From: Paragordius varius
Taxonomy: Eukaryota > Animalia > Nematomorpha
Assembly: GCA_964247055.1 (NCBI GenBank)
Contig: OZ176054.1
Coordinates: 2,046,001-2,110,000, forward strand
Length of the DNA: 64,000 bases
Direction of reading: 5' to 3'
Shown: positions 14,301 through 25,176 of the stretch, in pieces
Layout: every line of letters begins with the position of its first letter
How positions within the stretch are numbered: the first letter of the stretch is position 1
Translations under genes and position numbers: made by a program
Notes under the pieces: model-generated
What the model was told of the DNA's origin: nothing
The model's database searches: none
Seen by the model: the letters and a program-made list of their open reading frames with translations, nothing else

Positions 14301-17084
14301 AAAACACTCAATCCTAGCATTTCAAATGCAATGCACATGTGTCCATGGTAATTGAACCAATCTAACATTTGAACACACAAGCTAAACAAATAGGGAATAA
14401 AATTCTAAAATAATATATTAAGTATTAAATAAAACATTAATTTGTTACAAATTTAGCAATCCTTACACGTCTAAATATTTATTTTTAAAATATAACTTAT
14501 AAGTTAAATAATAAATTTTTTTTAAAAAAACTTAAGGGCGCCTTAAATTTTCTATTGTTAAAAGCTTGCCTAGTAGTGTTTTGTAATAAAAAATATTATT
14601 TGTTAAACGGATTGGTCGTCAATAATTTTCAAAGTTGTTCCTTTGGTTTTTCTTTATAGCTAAGAAAATGAGAATAAAATCAAGTATTTAAAAAAAATCA
14701 AATGGTAAAATTTGAATATATTGTATTTTAGTTGTGATGCTTATATAACAATTCAGAGTACAATAACATTATGTGCACATAAAAATTGGTGTCGATATAT
14801 TTTTGTTAAATATTCAATATTTTAACGCTAAGTCCATTTAAATATATTATTGAAAATTTTCAAACTATTCGCAATTAATATGAAGATTAACAATTTAACC
14901 ATAGCATATATTTTTAAATCGTTTCAAACATAGTAAATTATTCCTTACTATTCCGATTTTTCATCCTTTTTCCCAATGTGTTTAAGCACGTTGATTTCAA
15001 GCTTTGCGGCCTCACGATATTTTTCAACATTTTTTATAATCTTCAAGGCCATAATACAATCGTTTCTATGTGTGGTGAATTAACACATATATATACATAG
15101 ATTTGATTGATTTTTAAAAAAGCACAAATGGTTTGCAAAATAAATGTTAAAAACGAGCTCACAAATTTGAAATAAAAAATTAATATATATTGCGTAAAAT
15201 ATTAATAATGTTAAACTAATACTTTTCATCGTGAACCTTCACAACTTTACCAAAGGTACCTTCGCCCAAAGTGCCCAAGATTTCGTCTACAAAAATTAGA
15301 GAAAAATGTAAAATAAAATAATTGTCCCAAATTCCCATCAAAACCGAGAAATTTGATTGGTAAACAGTGAAGAATATAGATAAAAAAATTGTATTATAGA
15401 ATTTGCCAATATTGTAGTATTACATCGATCTTGTAACCAGTCTCCGTTATGATAAATTAAATGTCCGTCTTTATCGTCATCAACACTCCCTTTCCGACTC
15501 TTCTTCTCAACAACTTTGGAGACAGTGGTGTTGTAATGCTGCGTACTAGTTTTGTGTTGTGTAGAATCCCTTGGACTTTTTTCTCTTTGTCTGTGCGTCT
15601 TCTAATAATATGGTTTAATTGATTGATTCATTGTTTTTTGATTGATTTTGAATGGGTAGATTGGTCACAAAGCAGGATGAGGAGTGATCATTTAATTTAT
15701 CATAACACATACAGAGGGAGACACACAACCATAAACAGAGAGCGTGGGGAAAAAGCAAAAGAGCCATAAATGTAAAAAGGTTGGTCAAAATGCAATAACA
15801 TAGATAGACGTTTCAATTGTGTTGAATGTGGTTGTGTGATAGAGATTAACATAGAGTGTGCATATGTAGAAAAAGAGAAGGCATGTGTTAATATGCAGTA
15901 AAAATATGTGCCCCATATTTTATAATTCATATATTACATACATTAACATTTACATACATACATAGCAATTATAAAAAAAACAATTTATCTCTCAAAAAAA
16001 TGTTTATAATACCCGACAAACCATCATATTATTGGAATAACAATTAGAATAATCACCAAACTTATATTTGCTCGTGGATGTTGTAACAGTCATGGTCGCA
16101 GTCACGTTTTTAGAGTCGCGCAGACGACAACGATTTTGGTGATTGTGAAGACTCAAAAGAGTTTTTCCACAACCCCCGCTAACTAAACCTGCAACGTTAT
16201 TCAGAGTTGCATTGAACCCCGTTAAACCACTCCGGGTTTGAGAACAACCCAGATTGGGGTAACGAGATTCGTGGCAACCAGTGACATAACTTGAATGATT
16301 ATTAATAGACTTTGGATTTAATTTAGCATTGGATGTTGTTGAAAATAAACTGGATGCGTATTCACAAGCGATAGGCATTTAAAAAAGTTCCGCAGAAAGG
16401 GACGAGATCGGTGAGTATTTTTATATAGAATTTAAAATCTTAATAAATAATTTAACAGAGACATAGTTAACCGACCGGTTAAGAATAACGATAGATGTGG
16501 AATTTAATGATGTAACGGCAGTAATAATTTGCAAATAATAAGGTTAAAAAAATATTAAATACAAAATATTATACAAATATTTAATTATTTTTATAATGAA
16601 AAAAACAGCTAAGTTTATAACTAATGTATTAACATGAGGCAAATAACAAAGCATCGATGCAAGGTCCAGATAAAAAAACATGCCTTATGCTCTTTAGATA
16701 TTCTCATAAATTAAAATTTAGTTTATTTTATATTTAAATTTATTAACACAGTTTAAATGGAATTTACCTTTTTATCAGTGGATACAGAGGACGTTCTCGT
16801 GCGATGCTTATGCCGTTTATGTCTATGATGATGACGCTTTTTAGGCGATGATATTGAATGAGATTCGTGGCTTAAATCATATTCACCATTTTTATGTTTG
16901 TATTCACATTCTTTTTCAACATCACCCCTAAGTTTATAACGCCGCCTAATTTTATATTTGTAATATACTTTGATCGGCAATCAATTTCATTGTGACTATT
17001 ATAGGATTGAGAGGATACACTATGGGAACGTTTATATTGTTTTTTTGGCATAGTTTTTAGGTAACTGTCGTATTTTTCAGGCAT
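11350..17084 (-). CDS. CLK: Dual-specificity LAMMER kinase (CLK/Doa family)
   Basis: Exons: 17084-16969, 16945-16768, 15601-15424, 15286-15223, 15065-14949, 14381-14291, 13935-13860, 13573-13479, 13317-13188, 12770-12688, 12611-12532, 12393-12304, 12191-11959, 11654-11350. Motifs: [77 protein letters not shown]. The N-terminal exon structure is the least certain part. Confidence 0.95.
16012..16378 (-). CDS. Probable alternative first coding exon of the CLK gene
   Basis: ATG-initiated ORF of about 120 codons inside CLK intron 2. Phase-0 donors after 16022 (gtttgt) or 16013 (gtatta) match the phase-0 acceptor at 15601. No good acceptor precedes the ATG. Confidence 0.5.
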
Positions 17085-17209
17085 AAATTTTCAATTGAAG
17101 TAATCACGTGTCTTATATATTGTACCACAAAATAGTAAAATTTATTTAAATTAAATTATTTTGTTGACAAAGCATCAATACTGCGCCAATACCAAATCTA
17201 TAGCGGGTT

Positions 17210-20200
17210 TTAATATCGTTGTCCAGCATTGTTCCATCTTGATTGACACACCAACATCTATTATACAAAAATTATAAAGATTTTTTAATTTTCTCATTAT
17301 TTATGGGTTACACATTAATGGATATTTTGCCCTTATTTGATAATATTATTTTAAAACAGGTAATAGGTCCTAAAACAATCGGTCTCTTAAAGTTTTTTGG
17401 TACTGGTTTTCTATTATATTATACAATAACTATTAAGGTGATTCTTTAAAAATTCAGGTATATAATAAAATTATTTAATTAATCAGCATATTTTGCTTAA
17501 CATTAAATCAATATAGGTTCTCTTCCTTAATTAACAAAAATCTATATTTAACAGAACAAAAATATTATCCTTGATATGCAATATTATTATATTCTGTATC
17601 AGGATGAGGTTGTTGTTTTGTGGCTTACAAGTGAAAAACTTTCTGTATATATACACAATTCTAATAGGTAAAGTATCCTAAATGCTTTTGGTCTTAACAT
17701 TACAAATGATTTAAGATAAATACTTATATTTGTTGTTCTATCAGAAAATGGTAAAGTCGCGCGCATTTTGTAAAATAAAATTTTTTGCAAACGCCTATCA
17801 CAATTTGGACTGATTTTATATCCCTGAATTTGAAATGAAAATTTTTTTAAGGTATCATGCCGAATTCATAAATTTTCTTTCTTTTTAAACGCATGATATA
17901 AAAAATTCAAAAAATGTAAAACTTTAAGAAAATTATCAACTCAAACTTTTTCTAGGCCATTTTCCTTGATTATTTTAAATAGTTTACACTTGGATACAAC
18001 ACATTTATTTTAGTTCTTCGATTCAAATTGAGGTTTGGATAATCCAAGCCTGTATAATTAATACGTCAATATGAAAGTAATTGAGACCATAGCAAAGTTT
18101 GCACTAATTTAACACTTCGATTCAAATTGGGGTATCTAGATACCCCAGGCGAAATTTAAATTAATATTTTTAAAAAACTATTGAAGAAAACGGTCCCAAT
18201 TTAAATTTATGCCTCTATCCTGATAAAAATTATAAAATATGCCAAAATAGCTTGATAATATTTTGTTTTGAAAAAAAAAGTTCCATCTCAAACTACTTCG
18301 ACGCCATTTTTATTTTACAATATTTTTGCAAAATATCTTCTTCATTTAAATTTAAGAGTAGAATTAAAGCTAATTTTTTATTTAAATTACATCTAACATT
18401 GATAGAAATTGAAAAGGCGATTAATTTTGTATTATTTTTCTTTATTATTGCACAGATGTCACGTTGACTAAATTTTTACATTTCGGTTTTAGCTTAAAAT
18501 AAGTATTATCAATTATATATTTCGGTTTATTAATGTTATAGAAGTGCAAAATTTTGCAATGGTTTCGATTCCTTCCATATTTTTTAAAAAATTTAATTTT
18601 AAACTGACCTTGGGTATTTAACTACACCTATTTGAATCGAAGGAGTAAAATGAATGTGTTGAATCCATAAAGTAAAATCCAAAAATTTAGTTAACATGAC
18701 ATGTGTGCAATAGCAAAATTTAAAATAATAAAAAATAAACCACTTTTTATGTCTCTAACAATATTATATGAGATATATTTAAAAATTAGCGTTAATTTTA
18801 GCTTCAAAATTAAATAAACCCAATATTTTGAAATGTTGTAAAATAAAAATGGGGTCGAAGCAGTTTGATATATTACTTTTTTCACAACTAAGATTTCGGA
18901 TATTTCGGCTTATATATATATATAATTTTTATTAGGGTAGAATCATAAATTAAAATAAGGACCGTTTTTTTTCTGTAGTTCTTTTAATATATCGATTTAA
19001 ATAAAGCATAGGATATTTAGATACCCCGATTTAAACCGAAGTGTTAATACAATAGACAAAAAACGTATATTATGGTTATCAAATATAAATAGTAAGCTTT
19101 CAGGTTCCATTTTACCAGCAAAAACTTGCTATTTATTGATTCTAAAAGCAGCTGCTTTGTTCAATCATCTTTTGATACCCTAATTATATACTCTATAAGT
19201 TACCAACAGTCTCGAAAATAAGGAAATATTATAACCTGACGAAATGTATATATTCTAATAGGAAGTTGCATCTGAATTATAATGGTGGTTCTGGTTTTGG
19301 CCCTTACGAGTGGTTGGTAGGTGCTCCCTATCAGAAAATAACAAAACTTGCGCACATTTTTTTAAATAAACCGTTTTTGGTGAGAGCTTAATGCTTCATA
19401 CAAAAAAATATCACTGAAATATATCATAAACTACCTATAAAAAGCAAAAAAAAATATTTTTTAAAAATATGTTACATATGGGTGGGCTTCGAAAGTCCCA
19501 AAATTTTTTGGCCTTCTAATGGGATAGTCTCAAATAACACGCAAAAATGCTGTAATTGCGCGATAAAAGTTTTAAATATAGGCTAAATTTGATTATCAAC
19601 TATAAAAATATTTTTAACACTCCTTTACGTTATTTTTTGTCCTATTTCACTGTTTAGCATAGTTTTATACCCATAGCTCTATTTTATAAATAAACATTTA
19701 ATTTTTAAACATTGTTCGCATGTATTATATAAAAAGGCTTTTTTACAGTTTTGTGACTTCTAGTCTAAAATTGGGACAGCTCCCAAGATTTTAATAAACA
19801 GCTGATATTAAATTCTCGAAATCCTTTAATAATTATAAATTTTCTAACCTTAATATACATGCATTAGCGATTAAAAAAAAATATTAAAAATGGCGGCAAA
19901 AAATGGCGGCAAAAAATTGAGATAAAGATTGTTTTACAATTTCACATTTTTAAAAAAAATGCAAAATGCGCCTAAAAGACTAAAGAAAGCATATTTTTAA
20001 ATTCGGCTTAATAGGATAAATACCTCAAAGATATTCAAATTACAATCGATCTGGGTTATGCAACTCCCCCAAAAGTTAATGGAATGTTAAAAAATGCATA
20101 CCATTTTAAAAAAATAATTTTTAGCAAATTTTGTTGAAGTGTACCTCACAATTTTGAGGCAGGTAACGGTATAGTTATTAATTCGATAACGTTGAACATT

Positions 20201-23200
20201 TTTATCGCTAAATATTTTTATTTATAGGTTTGTTTGCTTTCAAATTTTGGTGATTTTTTGTAAAAAAACACTAATATTTAATAATTTGAGACCGAATATT
20301 TTTATTATTATTCTGGCTGAAATGTTCAGCTTTATTGAATTATTATAAGTATTTTTATAAAATCAAAGCATTTTCACACCGTTGTCATCATGCCTCAAAA
20401 TGTGTGAATCTTTTTAAAAATATTTTTAATTATTCAAAATTCAGTATATATTTTATATTTTTATCGCGCAATCTCGGCACGTTTTTGTTAACACGTGGTT
20501 TAACATTCATTTGAGTCCTCCGATTCGAATTGGGATCTTTGGGCCCCACGTTTGAAATCAATCATTTCAAAAAATAGAACAAATTAAAATAATTGGAAAA
20601 GTTTCGCTATATAACATTTACAATTCAAATTCACCCTTAAACAATTTAAATTTACCCTTAAAATAAATTTGTTTTCGGGCTAATATACCTCATTAATAAG
20701 AAATACATTCTCATGGCATAATTTATCATTTTTTTCAATATTTTAATATTTTTAAACGTAATTTCTATTTTTAAAATATAAAAAAATATAGGTAATTTTC
20801 TCAAACACATAATTCATTTTAGGGTGAATTTGAATTGTTGAGAGTGATTTAGATTTTTTAAGGATGAACTTGAATTGTTTAAGGGTATATTTAGACTGTA
20901 AAAGGTAAATAACATTATGTGTAATATAACATAAAAGATTGATATTATTTATGTTATGGATAAACCTAAAGGTAATAGTCAACATGACATGTGTGCATTA
21001 GCTAAATATATTTTAATATAAACCACGATTTCTGTTTATTCGAATGTTAAGGGTGATATAATGAAAAAAATTAGCTTTGATTTTAGCGAATGATATTTTG
21101 CAAAAATGTTATGAAATAAAAATGGCGTTGAATAGTTTATCGAATCTTTTTAACACTAATTTTTAGTTGGATGTTTTTGCGTATTTATATAATTTAATTT
21201 AGGATAAAAGCAAAATTTAAATTCGACCCGTTTCCTTCAGTGTAGTTTATAAATATTTAAATCTGGGGTCTTTAAACACCCCAATTTGAATCGAAGTGTA
21301 AAAGAACTAGCCCATTTAGGGCAAAAAAAATTGGGATTATCGGCGCCCACATCGAAAAATTAAATTTTCTAAAAATATTGTTTTCTTTTCTTTTGTAGTT
21401 TATGATAGATTTTAGTAAAATTTTTTGGAAAGAAACATTTAGCACAAATAAATTTTCTTTGACAGAATGTGCGAAAATTTTGCCATTTTCCTACATGGAG
21501 CAGTTACTACAAAAGTATAATAACTTTCTTAAATCACTCGTAAGGACCAAAACTAAAAGCACCATGAATAATCATGATACTTCCTATCATATTATCAATT
21601 TTTTGTGAACATTGTGTATAATATCAAAAAGCTGAATTTTCCAAATAAGACTTTGCACATGTTGGGGGTATACAATAATATCCTGGTGAAATATATACAT
21701 TCTAGATAAATTTACTATATCCTGATGCTTTTGTTTTTGGGTTTTACGAGTAATGTAAAAAAATACTAACTTTCGTCGTAATAATTAGTATGAGGTAGGT
21801 AGAACTGATTTGATTTCGGTCAAATGCTGAAGAAATGATAATATGAGTACTGAGTTTAATATAAATAATACAATTTATATTTTTATCAAAAATAACACCA
21901 TGGTCTATTTCCATTTAACAAAGCACCTAAACGAAAAATCTAATTTTCCATTTAAGTAAAATTTTAAAATACAATTACTTGTTTTGGTATTAAAGCATAT
22001 GTAATGTTTCTTTTCCATTTAAAGTCTATTTAAAAGTAAACTAAATAGATGGATAAATATAATTGTTATATTATTTTTTTGAAACTTTCATGGTTTTGAT
22101 GATCATTTCATATTGTTAGAGTTTAAAAATGGTTAAATTGATGGAAAAATACTTTTTGCTATATTTCGGTAAAACATCTTTGAAGTTTATAAATAGAAAG
22201 ATTACGTAGAACTCAACACCGTTTTCTTTTTCATAAATAAAATGCACGTGTAAACACCTTCAGAAAATCATTGAATCGTGGATATTATTATAAAAAACTG
22301 TTTTCTGATAAAAGACTTTTGGATTCAAATCTAAATCTTCATAGGTTAAAACAATCATTCGTGATTTTTATAGCCCCAGAGTTGTAAGAAATTTGATGTA
22401 AAAAATAAAACATAGAAATAAAAAAAAATTAATTTTTTGATCGGTCTAAAATAGAAACCGGTCCAATGCAGAATTTTAATCATTTAGTTACCCTAATTCG
22501 AAATAATTATATATTAAAAAAACACATTAACCAAACAAAATTATTTTAATAATTTTGATAACATTAATGATGACGAATTTGAAATTAAAATTTTATTTAA
22601 CTCTACAATTAAATGGCGGTAAAACGTGATGTCAGATATGAAGGTTAATGGTAATTTAACATAAAATTCATTTGTCTTATATAATGATTAAAAATAGTTT
22701 TATACTCACTTGTGCTTGTAACACTGTTTTCCACTAAAACTCCCATCAGCATTACAGTTGGGATGAAAGTCGAAAGGACCCGCAAGTAATCTTTGAACCC
22801 AACAGTTATCCTCTTTTATGATTCCACTTCCTTCATTTGTATCAGCCCCCGCATTTGTTTCATTATAATTATAATTATTAACAAACAAATGTCCAAATTT
22901 TTCTTGTAAAGTTTCCTCCTCAGTTATTTTAATTATGTTATCACTTATCTCCGTTGATAATGCAGAGTTTGTCACGAAAATCTTAGAGGTAGTGCGCTCA
23001 TATTGATACGTAACTGAATGCGAACGTCTAGGTAAGGAATTATTTTTTAGAGCGTCGTTTGTGCTAATATTATTATAAACTTTGGTGGTATTTACAGAAG
23101 TTGCATTAATTTGGTGGCTTGTTTCAAACAACGCGACCAAATTCTCCAGGAGATCTTTGGTTGACATTGTCATATTATAATTTTTTACATGTGGTATTTT

Positions 23201-23752
23201 AAGGTTGCTAGTTGGATAAGGAAATATTTCTATATTTTCATCCGTATCATCTATAGTGTGCATTTTCGTTTGCCGACTTACATTAAACATTGTATTTTGA
23301 GTGGTTTTATTTTCTATATTTAGCTTAAATGTATTATTGTTAAATTTTGTTGGATTTGAAATATTGTTACCATTTCTGCTGTACGGGTCCAAAGTTATAT
23401 TTAATACAAAGTTTGTGTTAAGGTAAATAGTTGTATTTAATTTATTTAGGCTTTTATAATCGATTGATTTTGCATCCGTCGATAATGTTATTTTATTTGT
23501 GGTAAAATATTTTTTGTCAGTACGAAATTTTCGATATATTTTACGATTTAAAACGTAATCATTGACATTATTCTGCTGAGCAAAACGGATAATATCGTTT
23601 ACTTTAGAATCGTTTTCAAAAATCGATTTTGTTGAATTTTGTAAATAATCATTATCAAATTCCTTGGTTGGAAATTTATCATCTTCCTCACATAAAATAT
23701 GGTAAAATATGGACAAAAATATAATCAAATAGCAGTATGTAATTGCGTACAT
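17210..23752 (-). CDS. Secreted N/T-rich protein with one C-terminal thyroglobulin type-1 domain
   Basis: Exon 1 (23752-22710) has a signal peptide MYAITYCYLIIFLSIFYHILC and ends CWVQR...PNCNADGSFSGKQCYKH with a phase-2 gtgagt donor. Exon 2 (17257-17210) follows a ttttgtataatag acceptor, is phase 2, and reads KCWCVNQDGTMLDKRY*, completing the QC..CWCV motif. The intron is about 5.45 kb. Confidence 0.8.
17987..19043. mobile_element. Composite piggyBac-like MITE cluster
   Basis: TTAA-CACTTCGATTCAAATTGGGGTATCTAGATACCC at 18109 matches the reverse complement of the end at about 19010-19047. Extra long-type ends lie at 17987 and, inverted, at about 18600-18675. Confidence 0.7.
19737..20060. repeat. 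Dispersed repeat, second copy at about 44395-44715
   Basis: Colinear shared blocks: TTTTACAGTT..TGACTTCTAG..TCTAA.ATTGGGACAG, GCATTAGCGAT, GCATATTTTTAAA...GCTTAATA, AAAGATATTCA...TCTGGGT. Confidence 0.7.
20492..21298. mobile_element. piggyBac-like MITE with a nested TA-flanked MITE (20614-20905)
   Basis: Left end TTAA-CACGTGG...CGATTCGAATTGGG; right end CCCCAATTTGAATCGAAGTG. The nested element has ATTTACAATTCAAATTCACCC-type ends. Confidence 0.65.
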
Positions 23753-23944
23753 TCAAAAAAATTGATTGTTGATAATGTGTATTAATTTATATGCTATAAT
23801 TGAAATCACACGTTTAGATTGACTTATCAAATATCATTATACAAAGGAGGCAATATGAGTCACGAAATATGATTCGATGTATATATTATTACAATAGTCG
23901 AGTCGAGGTCGACTTTTTGCAATATTGTCAATAAAATTTTCCTA

Positions 23945-24110
23945 TAGATTATGGTTTCTAGTTTTGCTGTTGAGTTCTGCCAAGGTAGCATTAATTTCTT
24001 TTCGAAGCTTATTCTCCTTTGGCCCCTTTCACGTGTACCACTAATGAGTTAATAGATCTCATAATGTGGCCGTAGGATAGTTTTGTACGGATGGATCTGT
24101 CAAGCAAATA
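23945..24110 (-). mobile_element. RTE-type LINE 3' fragment
   Basis: Translates to RTKLSYGHIMRSINSL and EINATLAELNSKT, matching the fragment at 60640-60870 (TKLSYFACIIRSNSL...ETDAILAELSIKT). Confidence 0.6.
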
Positions 24111-25176
24111 TCGCGGTTGATTTAGCTTCAAATCGTTTAAGTTATTTTGGCACACCCAAAGTTAAAAAAGTTTTATTATCATGTCGAAGGTCCATCCTTT
24201 TTCTGCACCGATAAAGAAAAATTGGAAAAATATATGCATTGGCAAGCCGGATTTTAGTTTTTAATCTGACATTATGGTATATACAAATTTTATATACTTA
24301 TAGCCGTTTGGCCATAGCGATACATTCATTTGGTTAGTTTATAATTTTATTTGAAGATTAGACAGAAAAATCAAGCATCAAAATTATTATTTATTTTCTT
24401 TAAAATATAACACTCAGTATAGGACTAAATTTGATTGGATATGTATGATATTATTGAAATTGATTAAAATATAAATTATATTTTTTACATAATTTTTTTT
24501 CACGAAATTTAAAAAACAAATCAAAATATTTTTTATCCTTGAAATTTTGAAAGAGTCATGTTTATAAATACATTTAGTACTGGTCATCTCAACACTCTAA
24601 TATACTTATCTAATTTACTCTCCAGATAAATTTATTTATTTACATTCATATTAATAAAAAAAATATAAATTATAATTCAATGATTAAAATTACAATTTGA
24701 GCTATAATAATAATAATACTTGTTTGAGTAATAAGGATTTTTGAACAATAAATTAATTTGAATAAATTATTTAAATATATATATCTCGTAAAATTTGGAA
24801 AATGTTTCACCATGGTATTTCCAATTTCCGTATAAATATAAGTTATTTAGTAGCTATGAAGGATGGGGTTATAACAGAAGGAGTCTAAATAATTTTATAA
24901 AAATATTTAAAATTTCATAACATGGTACAAGAAAAATTAATTTAAATTGAACTATTTAAATGACAAAAATAATTTAAATATATCATACTTGATTGATTTT
25001 ATCACGATCAGTACCCAATATCTATGTAGTAAAAAAATATAAATGTATGATTATAATTCGTAACCAAATGAAACAAAAAAGTAAAAACTCATTAATTAAA
25101 ATTCTTTTATTTTCACAACCAGCAGTAATAATATTCAACTTTATTTAAAATAACCATGATTAATTAATAGCATTAC

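Noticed and set aside
16381-16420. Strong plus-strand donor (ATCG/gtgagtattt) next to the alternative CLK exon
   Set aside because: All three plus-strand frames upstream contain stops and no partner exon was found; an antisense transcript cannot be supported.
21890-21930. Possible exon with a trefoil-like PWCYF motif in the thyroglobulin-gene intron
   Set aside because: Wrong phase for the exon-1 donor and immediately followed by stops.
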